Positions 16,226-27,279 of a stretch of DNA of 64,000 nucleotides are shown here, piece by piece. Made by a program: the position numbers and the translations under genes. The notes below the pieces were generated by a model, which did no database searches, was not told where the DNA came from, and worked only from the letters and a program-made list of their open reading frames with translations. Position 1 is the first letter of the stretch. Every line of letters starts with the position of its first letter. The stretch lies in the NCBI GenBank assembly GCA_963766735.1, contig CAVYBU010000004.1, forward strand, positions 128,001-192,000, in the 5' to 3' direction. Source of the stretch: an uncultured Chloroflexia bacterium (lineage in GTDB: Bacteria; Chloroflexota; Limnocylindria; Limnocylindrales; CSP1-4).

Positions 16226-17829
16226 GTCCCGATCTCCGGCCACAGGGCTGCCTGCCACGACGCGAGGAGCTCGCGCCGCGGTTCGAGGCGCCGGGGCAGG
16301 ACGAGCGGAACATCCCGCAGGTCCACGAGGACGCCGCCGAGGCCGCCGGCGACCTCCATCGCAACGTGGCGCGTCCTGAGGCCGAGGCGGATCGCGTCCC
16401 GAAGCTCGATCTCCACGACCGCGCGCTCACCCGGTGGCAGATCCACCAGCTCCAGGCCCCCGGGCGCCAGGTCCAGCTCCGCGGGCCCATCCGCACCGCG
16501 GACCACCAGCTTCCCAGCGGACCGTCCGGGCCGGAGCCCGGCCGGCATCACGACGGTGCCGAGGGGAACCAGGAGGTCGTCCCGCAGGTCTGCCATGACC
16601 TCCCGGCGCTCGTCGGCGTCCGCGATGGTTCCCAGCGGCGCCAGCAGTCGAGCGTGGTCCAGCCCGAGCGCACGCACTCCCGCCCGCCTCAGGACGTCCG
16701 CCAGGGCCAGCGCCACGGCCGGCCCCGGAGCCACGGCCCACGCGCCGCCAGCAGCCACCACAAGGTCCGGCGGCGGGAGCGACTCGAACGTCGGGGTCGC
16801 GATGACCAGCCGCGCCAGCGCGGCCCTCGCGGCCGCCATCCGCAACAGGGCGCCGTCGCCGGCCGCGTCGCCCCAGGACGCCAGTGCCAACTCCCGCAGC
16901 CGGTCACGGACCCGCAGCCGGTCGAGCGGCACGGTCAGCCAGCTCATCACCGCGTCGAGATGCTCATCCGAGAAGGAGCGCGGCAGGAGCGCCGCGTCCG
17001 GGACGATCGCGACACGCGGGACCGCCGTTTCGCCGGGCGTCCAGCCGGCCGCAACCCGCGTCCCACCCGCCCGGCCGATCTCCACCACCTCGACCCGCCG
17101 CGCGAGCACGTCCGCGAGGGTCCCGGTTGCGACCGCGAGGGCACGCCGCCCATCGTGATCGCCGCCACGGAGGTCGTCGAGCAGGGCGCGGAGCGGCTCC
17201 CCGCCCCCGACGGCCGGCGACGGCGCCAGCACCGTGGGGCCGGGACGTCCCGGTCGGAACAGGGCCTCGGTCCGACCGCCGGGCTCGGCCAGGCCACCGG
17301 CCAGGACGGCGACCAGGTCAGGGCGTCGCTCGGTGGCGGCGGCCACGAGGTGCCCGAGATCCGCGATGAGCGAGCGCTCGTCTGCTCCCGGCGGATCGGA
17401 GGCGCCTGCCAGCACGGCCCCCACGCGAGCATCCGCCAGGGCCGTCGCGATGGTCAGGATCTCCGCTCCGTTGAGGACGAGCGGCCGAACCCGCCAGCCT
17501 GCCGCCGCGGCAGCGGCGGCAAGGGGAGCGACGACCCGCTCGGTCGCGGCGATCACCGCGAGCTCTGGGGCGGCAGAGGTGGCGCACGTCAATCTCGGCG
17601 TGCCGGCCGCGCTGCCCGCGACGTCGAGCGCGAGGGCGGTGGCGAGCCCGGGGTCGGCAGTCGCGAGGCGGCGGCGCAGGCGCTCCAGCAGCGCCTCCTC
17701 GGGGACACCGGCCGGGCCCGCAGTGCTGCCGAGCAGTCGCCAGCGGCCGTCCACGCGTCCCACCAGGGACACGGCAACGGTGGCCGTCCCGCGGTCGACG
17801 GCGGCGATGGCGGGCTGATCGCTGCTCAC
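16222..17829 (-). CDS. Glutamate mutase L (GlmL/MutL)-like ASKHA-fold protein, divergent
   Basis: Phosphate-1-like AAVDRGTATV, phosphate-2-like VVEIGRAGGT, LAGASD, and the C-terminal GGLGGVLVDLRD.PL seen in Chloroflexi GlmL-like proteins (family recalled from memory). Confidence 0.65.
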   Translation of the reverse strand: MSSDQPAIAAVDRGTATVAVSLVGRVDGRWRLLGSTAGPAGVPEEALLERLRRRLATADPGLATALALDVAGSAAGTPRLTCATSAAPELAVIAATERVVAPLAAAAAAAGWRVRPLVLNGAEILTIATALADARVGAVLAGASDPPGADERSLIADLGHLVAAATERRPDLVAVLAGGLAEPGGRTEALFRPGRPGPTVLAPSPAVGGGEPLRALLDDLRGGDHDGRRALAVATGTLADVLARRVEVVEIGRAGGTRVAAGWTPGETAVPRVAIVPDAALLPRSFSDEHLDAVMSWLTVPLDRLRVRDRLRELALASWGDAAGDGALLRMAAARAALARLVIATPTFESLPPPDLVVAAGGAWAVAPGPAVALALADVLRRAGVRALGLDHARLLAPLGTIADADERREVMADLRDDLLVPLGTVVMPAGLRPGRSAGKLVVRGADGPAELDLAPGGLELVDLPPGERAVVEIELRDAIRLGLRTRHVAMEVAGGLGGVLVDLRDVPLVLPRRLEPRRELLASWQAALWPEIGT

Positions 17830-17861
17830 TCGCCCGATGCTATCAGCGGAAGGCGATGGGC

Positions 17862-18152
17862 TCAGGCGTCCCAGGTGTCCGACTCGTTCAGCTCCTCGAG
17901 GCGATCTATGAGGGCCTCGATGCCGATCTCGTCGCGCAGGAGCTCGCTGGCGGATGGGGTCTCGCCGCCGAAGAGCTCACCCAGGACCGGATCGAAGAAC
18001 AGCATCGCGGGCGCCCCGAGGGGCCGGTAGGGACGGCTTGCCTCGAGGAAATGGACGGCCGGGCCGGTCAGGCCACGCATCCGGATCTCGCGCGCCACCG
18101 ACTCGACCAGGGCCTCGCGCTGCTCGTCGAGGGGCTCCGCGAGGAAGCTCAC
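17862..18152 (-). CDS. Small hypothetical protein (96 aa)
   Basis: Its GTG overlaps the macro gene stop. Sequence pattern EQREALVESVAREI...GL..PA..FLEA.RP...LG...M.FFDP. Confidence 0.7.
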   Translation of the reverse strand: MSFLAEPLDEQREALVESVAREIRMRGLTGPAVHFLEASRPYRPLGAPAMLFFDPVLGELFGGETPSASELLRDEIGIEALIDRLEELNESDTWDA

Positions 18153-18709
18153 GCGAGATCCTCGCGCCCGAGGACCGGTGTGAGCATGGACCGCGTTGGG
18201 GCCGGCTCGCCCGCGGACAGCGCACGGGCGAAGGCCTTGTACGCCGCGGCACCCCGGAGTGCGAAGACCACGTGCTCGATGGATGACGGTGTCGCGAGCT
18301 CGTCGCGCACGGCCTCGACCGCGATCGCGGTCGCCTCGTCCAGCGGAAAGCCGCCGACGCCGGTGCCAAGGGCCGGGAACGCGATGCTGGCGATCCCGAG
18401 CTCGCGGGCACGGGCCATGGAGCTGCGGACGGCGCGGTCGATGGCGGGACCGCTGCTGCGACGATCGCGCTCCATCGAGACGGCGTGGATCACGACGCGG
18501 GCTGCCAGTCGGCCGGCCGGGGTGACGACGGCGTCGCCGAGGTTGGCCGGCGCCTGGCGCAGGGCCGCGAACTCGATGGCCTCGCCCCCCGCACGCTTCA
18601 GCTCGCCTGCGACCCCGTTGGACATCCACAGGGACGTGGACGCCGGGCTCACGATGGCATCGACTTCGAGGTCGCAGATATCGCCGTTCCAGAGCTCGAT
18701 GCGTGCCAC
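18149..18709 (-). CDS. Macro domain (ADP-ribose-binding) protein with altered catalytic loops
   Basis: GDI..L.VDAIV, G.AVVT.AG.L.A..VIHAV and SIAFPALGTGVGGFP. SD-like GGGAGGGAG upstream. Confidence 0.88.
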   Translation of the reverse strand: MARIELWNGDICDLEVDAIVSPASTSLWMSNGVAGELKRAGGEAIEFAALRQAPANLGDAVVTPAGRLAARVVIHAVSMERDRRSSGPAIDRAVRSSMARARELGIASIAFPALGTGVGGFPLDEATAIAVEAVRDELATPSSIEHVVFALRGAAAYKAFARALSAGEPAPTRSMLTPVLGREDLA

Positions 18710-19977
18710 TCGGATCTCCCTCCCGCGAGCGTCTGAACCTCGACGGGCAAACCGGCGGCATGGTACACCCGGGGCAACCGTCGGGACATCCCGGTCAGGA
18801 TCTCATAGCTGATCGTCCCACCTGTCGCGGCAAGCTGGATGGCCGTGATGCGCTCCGCCCCCTGCTCTCCCAGCAGCACGAACTCGTCATCCTCGTCCAC
18901 TGGCGCGCCAGGCACGTCGGTGACGTCCACGGTGATGCCGTCCATCGCCACGCGCCCGACCAGCGGTACGCGCACGCCGCGGACCAGCGCCTCCGAGCGG
19001 TCCGAGAGGAAGCGTCGCCAGCCGTCCGCATAGCCGACCGGGAGGGTCGCGATCCGCGATGGACGGGCCGTCACGAAGGTCGGCCCGTACGAGACGCCGT
19101 GGCCGGCCGGCAGCTCCACGACACGGACCGGCCTCGCCTTGAGTGCCATCACCGGCCGCAGGCGCCCCGCCGGCACGGCAGTCGTCCCCGGGAGGACGAG
19201 CGAGTCGGGAACAAGCCCGTAGATGGAGAGGCCAGTGCGGACCGCGTCCCAGCGCGCCACGTCATCCCCGAGGACACCGCCGCTTGCCGCCAGGTGTCGG
19301 CGGACGGCGCGCGGATCGCCGCCGAAGCGAACATCGCCCGCGAGCATTCCGATCGCGGCGCCAAACCGCTCGTCCTGGGCGAGCGCACTGGACGGGACGT
19401 CCGTGGCTGCCAGGTGGGACCAGGCGCCGCCCAGGCACACGCCCGGGGCCGCCGCCACGGAGCGGATCGCAGCCACCGCCTCGCTCCGCAGAACGCCGCC
19501 GCGCCCGAGTCCCGTCTCTATCTCCACGTGGATTTCGAGCGGCGGCATGGTGGTGTCCTCGGCCGCAGCCTGCGCGGCCGCGGCGAGGATGCGCCCCAGA
19601 AGCAGCCCGGCCCCAACGCTGACGGCGATCCGTGCCCTCGCGGCCGCCGCCGCGTGCTCCGGCGGCACCGGGTAGATGACGAGCAGCGGCAATGTGATCC
19701 CAGCCTCACGCAGCTCGTATGCCTCGTCCAGCGTGGCCAGGCACAGACCATCCGCGCCCGCCTCCTCGAGCGCCCGGGCAACCGGGACGGCCCCGTGACC
19801 GTACGCATCGGCCTTGACAACCGGTTCGACGCGCACGCCCGGACCGACGATCTCGCGCAGCGCCGCGATGTTGCCCCGGAGGGCGTCGAGGTCGATCTCG
19901 AGCCAGGCACTCCTCGGGAGCGGAGCGAGACCCGCTTCCCGCAGGCGTGCCTCGATCGACCGGCCGGGCGGGTTCAT
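18649..19977 (-). CDS. alr: Alanine racemase
   Basis: AWLEIDLDAL, VVKADAYGHG (PLP lysine), ETGLGRGG, GVSYG, PVGYADG, GRVAMD, GTISYE. Confidence 0.95.
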   Translation of the reverse strand: MNPPGRSIEARLREAGLAPLPRSAWLEIDLDALRGNIAALREIVGPGVRVEPVVKADAYGHGAVPVARALEEAGADGLCLATLDEAYELREAGITLPLLVIYPVPPEHAAAAARARIAVSVGAGLLLGRILAAAAQAAAEDTTMPPLEIHVEIETGLGRGGVLRSEAVAAIRSVAAAPGVCLGGAWSHLAATDVPSSALAQDERFGAAIGMLAGDVRFGGDPRAVRRHLAASGGVLGDDVARWDAVRTGLSIYGLVPDSLVLPGTTAVPAGRLRPVMALKARPVRVVELPAGHGVSYGPTFVTARPSRIATLPVGYADGWRRFLSDRSEALVRGVRVPLVGRVAMDGITVDVTDVPGAPVDEDDEFVLLGEQGAERITAIQLAATGGTISYEILTGMSRRLPRVYHAAGLPVEVQTLAGGRSEWHASSSGTAISATSKSMPS

Positions 19978-21104
19978 CGCATCTCGGCCCCTCGCCCGGC
20001 GTCCCCGGCGTCCCCAGCGTCTCCGGCGGCGGCCTCCTCCGTGGTGGCGGCTCCTCCCGTGGCGGCCGTGTCGCGTGCTCCGAACCCCAGCCGGCGCCCC
20101 GCGCGCTGCCGTTCCGCGATCCGGGCCAGGCGGCGGCGACCCAGCGGCAACGCATCGGTGAGATCCGATGCCAGCAGGCCCGCGTCGCCGATGCGCTCCC
20201 GGACCGCGTCGCCGGCGAGGCCGTGGAGGTATACGCCGAGGCGAGCCGCATCGTAGGGGGCGAGGCCCTGGGCAAGGAGAGCACCGATCGCACCCGCCAG
20301 GACGTCACCGGTGCCACCGGATGCCATCGCCGGGTTCTCGAACGGCGCCACCGACACGGAGCCGTCGGGGCCGGCGATCACGGTGTTCGCACCCTTGAGG
20401 ACAACCACCTGGCCCCACTCGGCGGCGGCCGCCGTCGCAGATCGAACACGCGCCCCGTCATCCGCGCTGAGGTTGCCGTCGGCACCCGGATCGTGCTCGC
20501 TGCCCGCTCGCAGGCGGGCGAACTCGCCCGCGTGCGGCGTCAGGACGCAGGGGCGAGTGACCAGCGTCCACCACTCTCCCACCGCGGCGAGGGTCCGCAG
20601 GGCCTCCGCATCGAGCACGGCCGGAGCGCCGGCCGGCTCCTCGCGGACGGTGAGGATGAGGCGCAGCAGGTCCGCGGTCGCCAGCGCCGGCCGCAGGCCC
20701 GGACCGATGACCAGCGCGTCGTGCTCGTGGTCCAGGACCTTGGCGAGGGCAGGCTCCGGGTCGACCTCCTCGACATCATCCTCGGGCAGCGCCATCGTGG
20801 TCGCTTCGATCACCTTCGCGGCGAACAGGGGCTGGAGCGATTCCGGTACGGCCAGGGTCACGAGGCCGGCGCCCGCGCGGCCCGCCGCGCGGCAGACCAG
20901 CAGGGCCGCGCCCGCATAGTCCAAGGACCCGGCGATCACCAGAAGCTTGCCGAATGTGCCCTTGTGGCCGCGCCTCGGGCGTTCGGGCAGCAGGAGCGCC
21001 ATCGACACGTCGTCCAGCCACACCGTGCCCGGGGGCAGGTTCGATCCGCCCGGGACGTCGTCCCCCGCCCGTTGCCCGAACCCGAGCCGTCGCCCGTCAG
21101 CCAT
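19974..21104 (-). CDS. nnrD: ADP-dependent NAD(P)H-hydrate dehydratase (stand-alone, no epimerase domain)
   Basis: HKGTFG.LLVIAGS..Y.GA, GAGLV, GPGL, LTPHAGEFARL, LKGANT, GGTGDVLAG. Confidence 0.92.
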   Translation of the reverse strand: MADGRRLGFGQRAGDDVPGGSNLPPGTVWLDDVSMALLLPERPRRGHKGTFGKLLVIAGSLDYAGAALLVCRAAGRAGAGLVTLAVPESLQPLFAAKVIEATTMALPEDDVEEVDPEPALAKVLDHEHDALVIGPGLRPALATADLLRLILTVREEPAGAPAVLDAEALRTLAAVGEWWTLVTRPCVLTPHAGEFARLRAGSEHDPGADGNLSADDGARVRSATAAAAEWGQVVVLKGANTVIAGPDGSVSVAPFENPAMASGGTGDVLAGAIGALLAQGLAPYDAARLGVYLHGLAGDAVRERIGDAGLLASDLTDALPLGRRRLARIAERQRAGRRLGFGARDTAATGGAATTEEAAAGDAGDAGDAGRGAEMR

Positions 21105-21675
21105 CCCCGCCCTCCAGCCCGTCCGCCTCTGCGGAGAGGGCCCGGGTGCGCTCGTGGATGGCCCGCATCCGCTCCAGGCGGCCAAGGAGCTGCCGTTCCC
21201 GCTCGTCGAGCCGCTCCTCGATGTCGAGCGGGAACACGTAGCGCCCGCCGGCGGTCCGCACGCCGAACGCCACGGCCACGGCGTAGTCCGACTCGTGGGT
21301 GATCGAGATCGCGATGCGACCCATCCCCAGCTGCTCCGCCCGCTCCGCCGCGCGACCGTGGAGCCGCACGGACGGCTGCCCGGTGGGCATCCGCTCCACC
21401 TCGATGTCCTTCCAGCCGATCCCGCGAACGCCAAGCCCCAGCACCTTGGACACGGCCTCCTTGGCGGCCCATCGCCCGGCGAACGTCTCGGGACGGTTGC
21501 GCACGTAGCGTCGCTCGCGTTCCGTGAGGACGCGCCGCGAGAAGCGCTCGCCGAAGCGCTCGATCGACGCCCGGATCCGCTCGACCTTGATGATGTCGAT
21601 ACCGAGCTCGGTCGTACCCTCGGGCACGACGCCCGTTGGCAGGCGCGGATCTCCGTCTGTGCCGCTGGGCGTCAT
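21097..21675 (-). CDS. acpS: Holo-ACP synthase
   Basis: GIDII, AGRWAAKEA.SK.LG, ISITHE. Confidence 0.93.
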   Translation of the reverse strand: MTPSGTDGDPRLPTGVVPEGTTELGIDIIKVERIRASIERFGERFSRRVLTERERRYVRNRPETFAGRWAAKEAVSKVLGLGVRGIGWKDIEVERMPTGQPSVRLHGRAAERAEQLGMGRIAISITHESDYAVAVAFGVRTAGGRYVFPLDIEERLDERERQLLGRLERMRAIHERTRALSAEADGLEGGDG

Positions 21676-21677
21676 CC

Positions 21678-23507
<1,830 letters not shown>

Positions 23508-23558
23508 GCCGCCTGGGTTCTCCCTGGAGGATCCGCCGCGGCGCGCCCAGCGGCCGGG

Positions 23559-24893
23559 CTAGTGTAGACGCTCCCCCGCGAGAGCCGTGATCGCGTCCGC
23601 GATCACGGCAACGGCGTCGGCATCGGGCCCTTCGACCATCACCCGCAGCACGGGTTCGGTGCCCGAGGGACGCACGAGGATCCGGCCGTAGGGTGCAAGC
23701 CTCGCCTCCGCGTCGGCGATTGCCCGCCCGAGGACCTCATCCGCCTCCCACTGGTCGCGATGGCGCACGCGGATCGCGCGCTGCTGCTGGGGCATGAGGG
23801 GGATGGCACGGGCCAGCTGATCGAGGCCGACCCCGGCCGCAGTCATGACCCGCAGCAGCTCGAGCGCGGTGGCGATCCCGTCGCCGGTGGTCCCGTGCTC
23901 GCGCACGATCACGTGGCCGCTCTTCTCGCCGCCCAGGCCCGCGCCCGACACGAGCATCGCGGCAAGGATGTGCTTGTCGCCCACGGGCGTCCTCACCAGT
24001 CGGCCGCCGGCCGCCTCGACCGCCTGCTGCAACCCGCCGTTCGACAGGACCGAGACCACCAGGCTGCCATGATCGAGGGCGCCGCGGGCGAGCCGCTCGA
24101 GCGCCAGGATCCCAAGGACCTGGTCACCGTCCACCAGTCGGCCGGCACGGTCCACGGCCACGCACCGGTCCGCGTCTCCGTCGAGGGCGAAACCGACGTC
24201 GGCGCCGTGCGCCAGCACTGCCGCCATGAGCGACTCGGGGTGGGTGGCACCGCAGTCGCGGTTGATGTTGTCCCCGTCGGGCGCATCGTGGATCACGGTC
24301 ACTCGGGCACCGCTCGCGCGCAGGATCGCCGGGCCCACGCCCCAGGCGGCCCCGTTCGCCGTATCGAGGACAACGTGGAGTCCGGTTCCAGGCACGGCCT
24401 GTGCCTGGGCGGTCCGATGTGCAACGTACCGCTCGATCAGGTCGCGGGCATCCACCGCCCGACCGATTGCGGAGGGGACCACGCCGGGCAGCTCGTCGGC
24501 ACGGAGGACCAGACCCTCCAGCTCCTCCTCGAGATCGTCGCCCAGCTTGAGCCCGGCCGGGTCCAGCACCTTGAGCCCGTTGTCCTCGGCCGGGTTGTGC
24601 GACGCGGAGACCATGATTCCCGCAGCGAACTGGCTCATCTCCGCGAAGTGGGCGAGGGCGGGCGTCGGCACCACCCCGACGCCGTGGACGTCCACGCCCA
24701 TGCTGGTCGCGCCTGCCGTGATCGCCGCCACGAACATGTCGCCCGAGCGGCGCGTGTCCTGGCCTACGACCAACGAACCGCCGGCGCCGACGACGCGGTG
24801 GGCGGTGGCACGGCCGAGCGCGAAGGCGAGCGAGGGCAGGAGGTCAACGTTGGCGGCGCCGCGGATGCCGTCCGTGCCGAAGAGGCGGGTCAT
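23559..24893 (-). CDS. glmM: Phosphoglucosamine mutase
   Basis: LFGTDGIRG, SASHNP, DGDADR, GGEKSGH, RPSGTEP. Confidence 0.96.
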   Translation of the reverse strand: MTRLFGTDGIRGAANVDLLPSLAFALGRATAHRVVGAGGSLVVGQDTRRSGDMFVAAITAGATSMGVDVHGVGVVPTPALAHFAEMSQFAAGIMVSASHNPAEDNGLKVLDPAGLKLGDDLEEELEGLVLRADELPGVVPSAIGRAVDARDLIERYVAHRTAQAQAVPGTGLHVVLDTANGAAWGVGPAILRASGARVTVIHDAPDGDNINRDCGATHPESLMAAVLAHGADVGFALDGDADRCVAVDRAGRLVDGDQVLGILALERLARGALDHGSLVVSVLSNGGLQQAVEAAGGRLVRTPVGDKHILAAMLVSGAGLGGEKSGHVIVREHGTTGDGIATALELLRVMTAAGVGLDQLARAIPLMPQQQRAIRVRHRDQWEADEVLGRAIADAEARLAPYGRILVRPSGTEPVLRVMVEGPDADAVAVIADAITALAGERLH

Positions 24894-24930
24894 GGGGCTC
24901 CTCGAGGATGTTCCTGGGGACGCGAAGGCG

Positions 24931-26211
24931 TCAGGGGGCGACAGATGGTGACGATGGACCGGGGGTCGGCACAGCGAATGGTGCGGACGTCTGTGGATAG
25001 CCGATCGTGACGGTGACGGTCGCCGGGTCGATCGCCGCAACGGTGACCCCGGTTGGGAGTGACGGGACCACGGGCACCGGGTGGACCCCGGGCTTGAGAC
25101 CGGCGACGTTGAGGCCCACCACGAGGGGTGCCGCAGCAAGGAGGTCGAGATCGGCGGTGGACCCGAAGAGTGTCAGGAGGACGGTCCGTGTGGACAGGTC
25201 GTAGAGAAGCCCCGGATCACGGCCGTCGAGCCGGATGCCGGCCGCGAAGGTCCGGGTTCCGGTCACCGGCTCTATGTGGACCACCACCCTGACGGTGGTG
25301 ACACCGAGCGGCACCACCCCCGCCGGCAGCGCGAGGGCCGCGGGCTCGGTCACGTCCCGGGTCGCCCCGAAGACGGCGACAGGTGCCGTGTCCACCTGCG
25401 TCAGCTGCGTCAGCTGGTCCGCGTCGCCCTCGACCGAGACCACCAGCGGGGTCACCTCGACGCTTGCGATGCGGAAGCCTGGCGCCGGCACTCCGGTGAC
25501 GATCGGGTTGACGGGCAGCGTGCGGGACGACCTGTCGGTGAACAGCGGCACGGTGACATGGACCGTGCGCGGCTCGACATCCACCCCCCTGACCACCTCG
25601 CCGGCGGAATCGACCGGCTCCACCTCGACGTCCCGGTCGAAGTCGAGCCCACTGGGGTCGAGGGCGACGTTGACGCGGGCGGCCACCACCTGGGTCGCGG
25701 CCATCGACGGCCCGGTCACGGTGACGGTCTTGGGCAGGAACACGGTGTCGCCCAGTTCGATGCCGACCGGGACCGTGCCGCGGGCCACGCGCACGGGCAC
25801 GGCCAGACTGATCGTCTCGTCGAGCACCACCTGTATTGTCCGCGGTTCCACCTCGAGGATCGTGATCCGGGGGTCGTTCGGCACGACGTCGACCCGGACG
25901 TTCACCGGGTGACCGGTCGGATCGACTCCGGCCAGGTCCACCGTCGCCTCGAAGTCCTGGGCTGATGCCCTGCCGACCTCGATCGGAGCCAGGTACCGGA
26001 TCTGCTCCACCGACCCAAGCTGGTTGGTGACCACCGTGCCGGTCGGCTGGTTGACCGCCGTGACCTGGATCGCGCCCGAGTACACGCTGCTGTCCTGGCT
26101 CGCGATCAGGCCGGCATAGAGCAGGGTTGCCAGGGCTATCGCCGCCAGCTTGAGGGGCCAGTTGTGGATCACGAACCGCGCGAGGCGCCGGGCGGAGCTG
26201 CGGGCGCTCAC
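24931..26211 (-). CDS. cdaR: CdaR/YbbR-domain regulator of diadenylate cyclase
   Basis: N-terminal NW.LKL.A..LA..LY TM helix and repeated P..V.V.G YbbR units. Lies between cdaA and glmM. Confidence 0.88.
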   Translation of the reverse strand: MSARSSARRLARFVIHNWPLKLAAIALATLLYAGLIASQDSSVYSGAIQVTAVNQPTGTVVTNQLGSVEQIRYLAPIEVGRASAQDFEATVDLAGVDPTGHPVNVRVDVVPNDPRITILEVEPRTIQVVLDETISLAVPVRVARGTVPVGIELGDTVFLPKTVTVTGPSMAATQVVAARVNVALDPSGLDFDRDVEVEPVDSAGEVVRGVDVEPRTVHVTVPLFTDRSSRTLPVNPIVTGVPAPGFRIASVEVTPLVVSVEGDADQLTQLTQVDTAPVAVFGATRDVTEPAALALPAGVVPLGVTTVRVVVHIEPVTGTRTFAAGIRLDGRDPGLLYDLSTRTVLLTLFGSTADLDLLAAAPLVVGLNVAGLKPGVHPVPVVPSLPTGVTVAAIDPATVTVTIGYPQTSAPFAVPTPGPSSPSVAP

Positions 26212-27209
26212 TGCGATGCCGCCGCTGCGGCCTCGGAGCCGTCATCGTCAGGGTCCACCCCGCCCACGGGAGCGCCGGACGCCCCGGGAGCTGGAGGGTC
26301 GGCCACCAGCCGCGCGGGTTCGGCACCCGGAGCAGCATCGGGGCGAACGGTGCGATGTCCGCTCGAATGCGCTGGTCTGGGCGCCTTGTCGCTCTCGGCG
26401 TTCGGACCGGACCGACGAAGGCCGCCAGGCGGGGCCGAGGACTCGAGAAGCGCCGCGAGGGCGCTGGCGAGTTGGGCCTCCGTCGGAACCCGCACGATCC
26501 GTGCCCGCTCGACGACGCTCATCTGGCCGTTCTCTTCGGACACGACGACGGCCACGGCGTCGGTGTCCTCCGTGATCCCCAGGGCGGCACGGTGACGGGT
26601 CCCGAACCGTTGCGAGAGCTCCATGTCCGTCAGCGGGAGCAGCGCCCCGGCGGCCAGGATCGAGTCGTTGCGGACGATGACCGCACCGTCGTGCAGCACG
26701 GTCCGGGGAGCGAAGATCGTGAGCAGCAGCTCACTCGAGAGGTCGGCGTGGAGCATGATGCCCGTCTCGGCGATCTCCTCCAGGCCGGTCTCGCGCTCCA
26801 GCACGATGAGGGCGCCGTGCCTCTCCCGTGACAGCGCGGCAGCAGCCGTGGCCACCTCGCCCGCGACGTGCTCGATCCGGCGCTCGGCGGAAGGTGCGAA
26901 CCGCCAGCCGAAGTTGCCCACGCGCCCGATGCGCTCCAGGCCCCGCCGCAGCTCTGGCTGGAAGACGACGACCAGAGCGAACAGGCCGACGACCGCGCCC
27001 GCCTGGAGGAGCTGCGTGAACAGGCGAAGCTCGAGGAACTGGGCGAGGGCATAGGCGCCGAGCAGGATGGTGACGCCGATGACAAGGGTGACGGCACGCG
27101 TGCCCCGGATCAGGCTGAACACCCAGTAGATGAACAGCGCCGTGATCGTGATGTCGAGGACAGTCGTCAGCGTGACCTGCCGGCTGAGCGACTCGACGAA
27201 CGGGACCAT
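26208..27209 (-). CDS. cdaA: Diadenylate cyclase CdaA (c-di-AMP synthase)
   Basis: Three TM helices, FQPELRR, LHDGAV (DGA motif) and GTRHRAA (RHR motif). Confidence 0.94.
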   Translation of the reverse strand: MVPFVESLSRQVTLTTVLDITITALFIYWVFSLIRGTRAVTLVIGVTILLGAYALAQFLELRLFTQLLQAGAVVGLFALVVVFQPELRRGLERIGRVGNFGWRFAPSAERRIEHVAGEVATAAAALSRERHGALIVLERETGLEEIAETGIMLHADLSSELLLTIFAPRTVLHDGAVIVRNDSILAAGALLPLTDMELSQRFGTRHRAALGITEDTDAVAVVVSEENGQMSVVERARIVRVPTEAQLASALAALLESSAPPGGLRRSGPNAESDKAPRPAHSSGHRTVRPDAAPGAEPARLVADPPAPGASGAPVGGVDPDDDGSEAAAAASQ

Positions 27210-27279
27210 CTTCGGGCGAGTGTAGCACCGGGTTCCCGAGCCCTTCCGACCGTCGAAGCGCAGGCCCGAGCGGGGATGG

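Noticed and set aside
23508-23558. glmS ribozyme upstream of glmS
   Set aside because: The gap is only 51 nt and has no AGCGCC / GACGAGG core.
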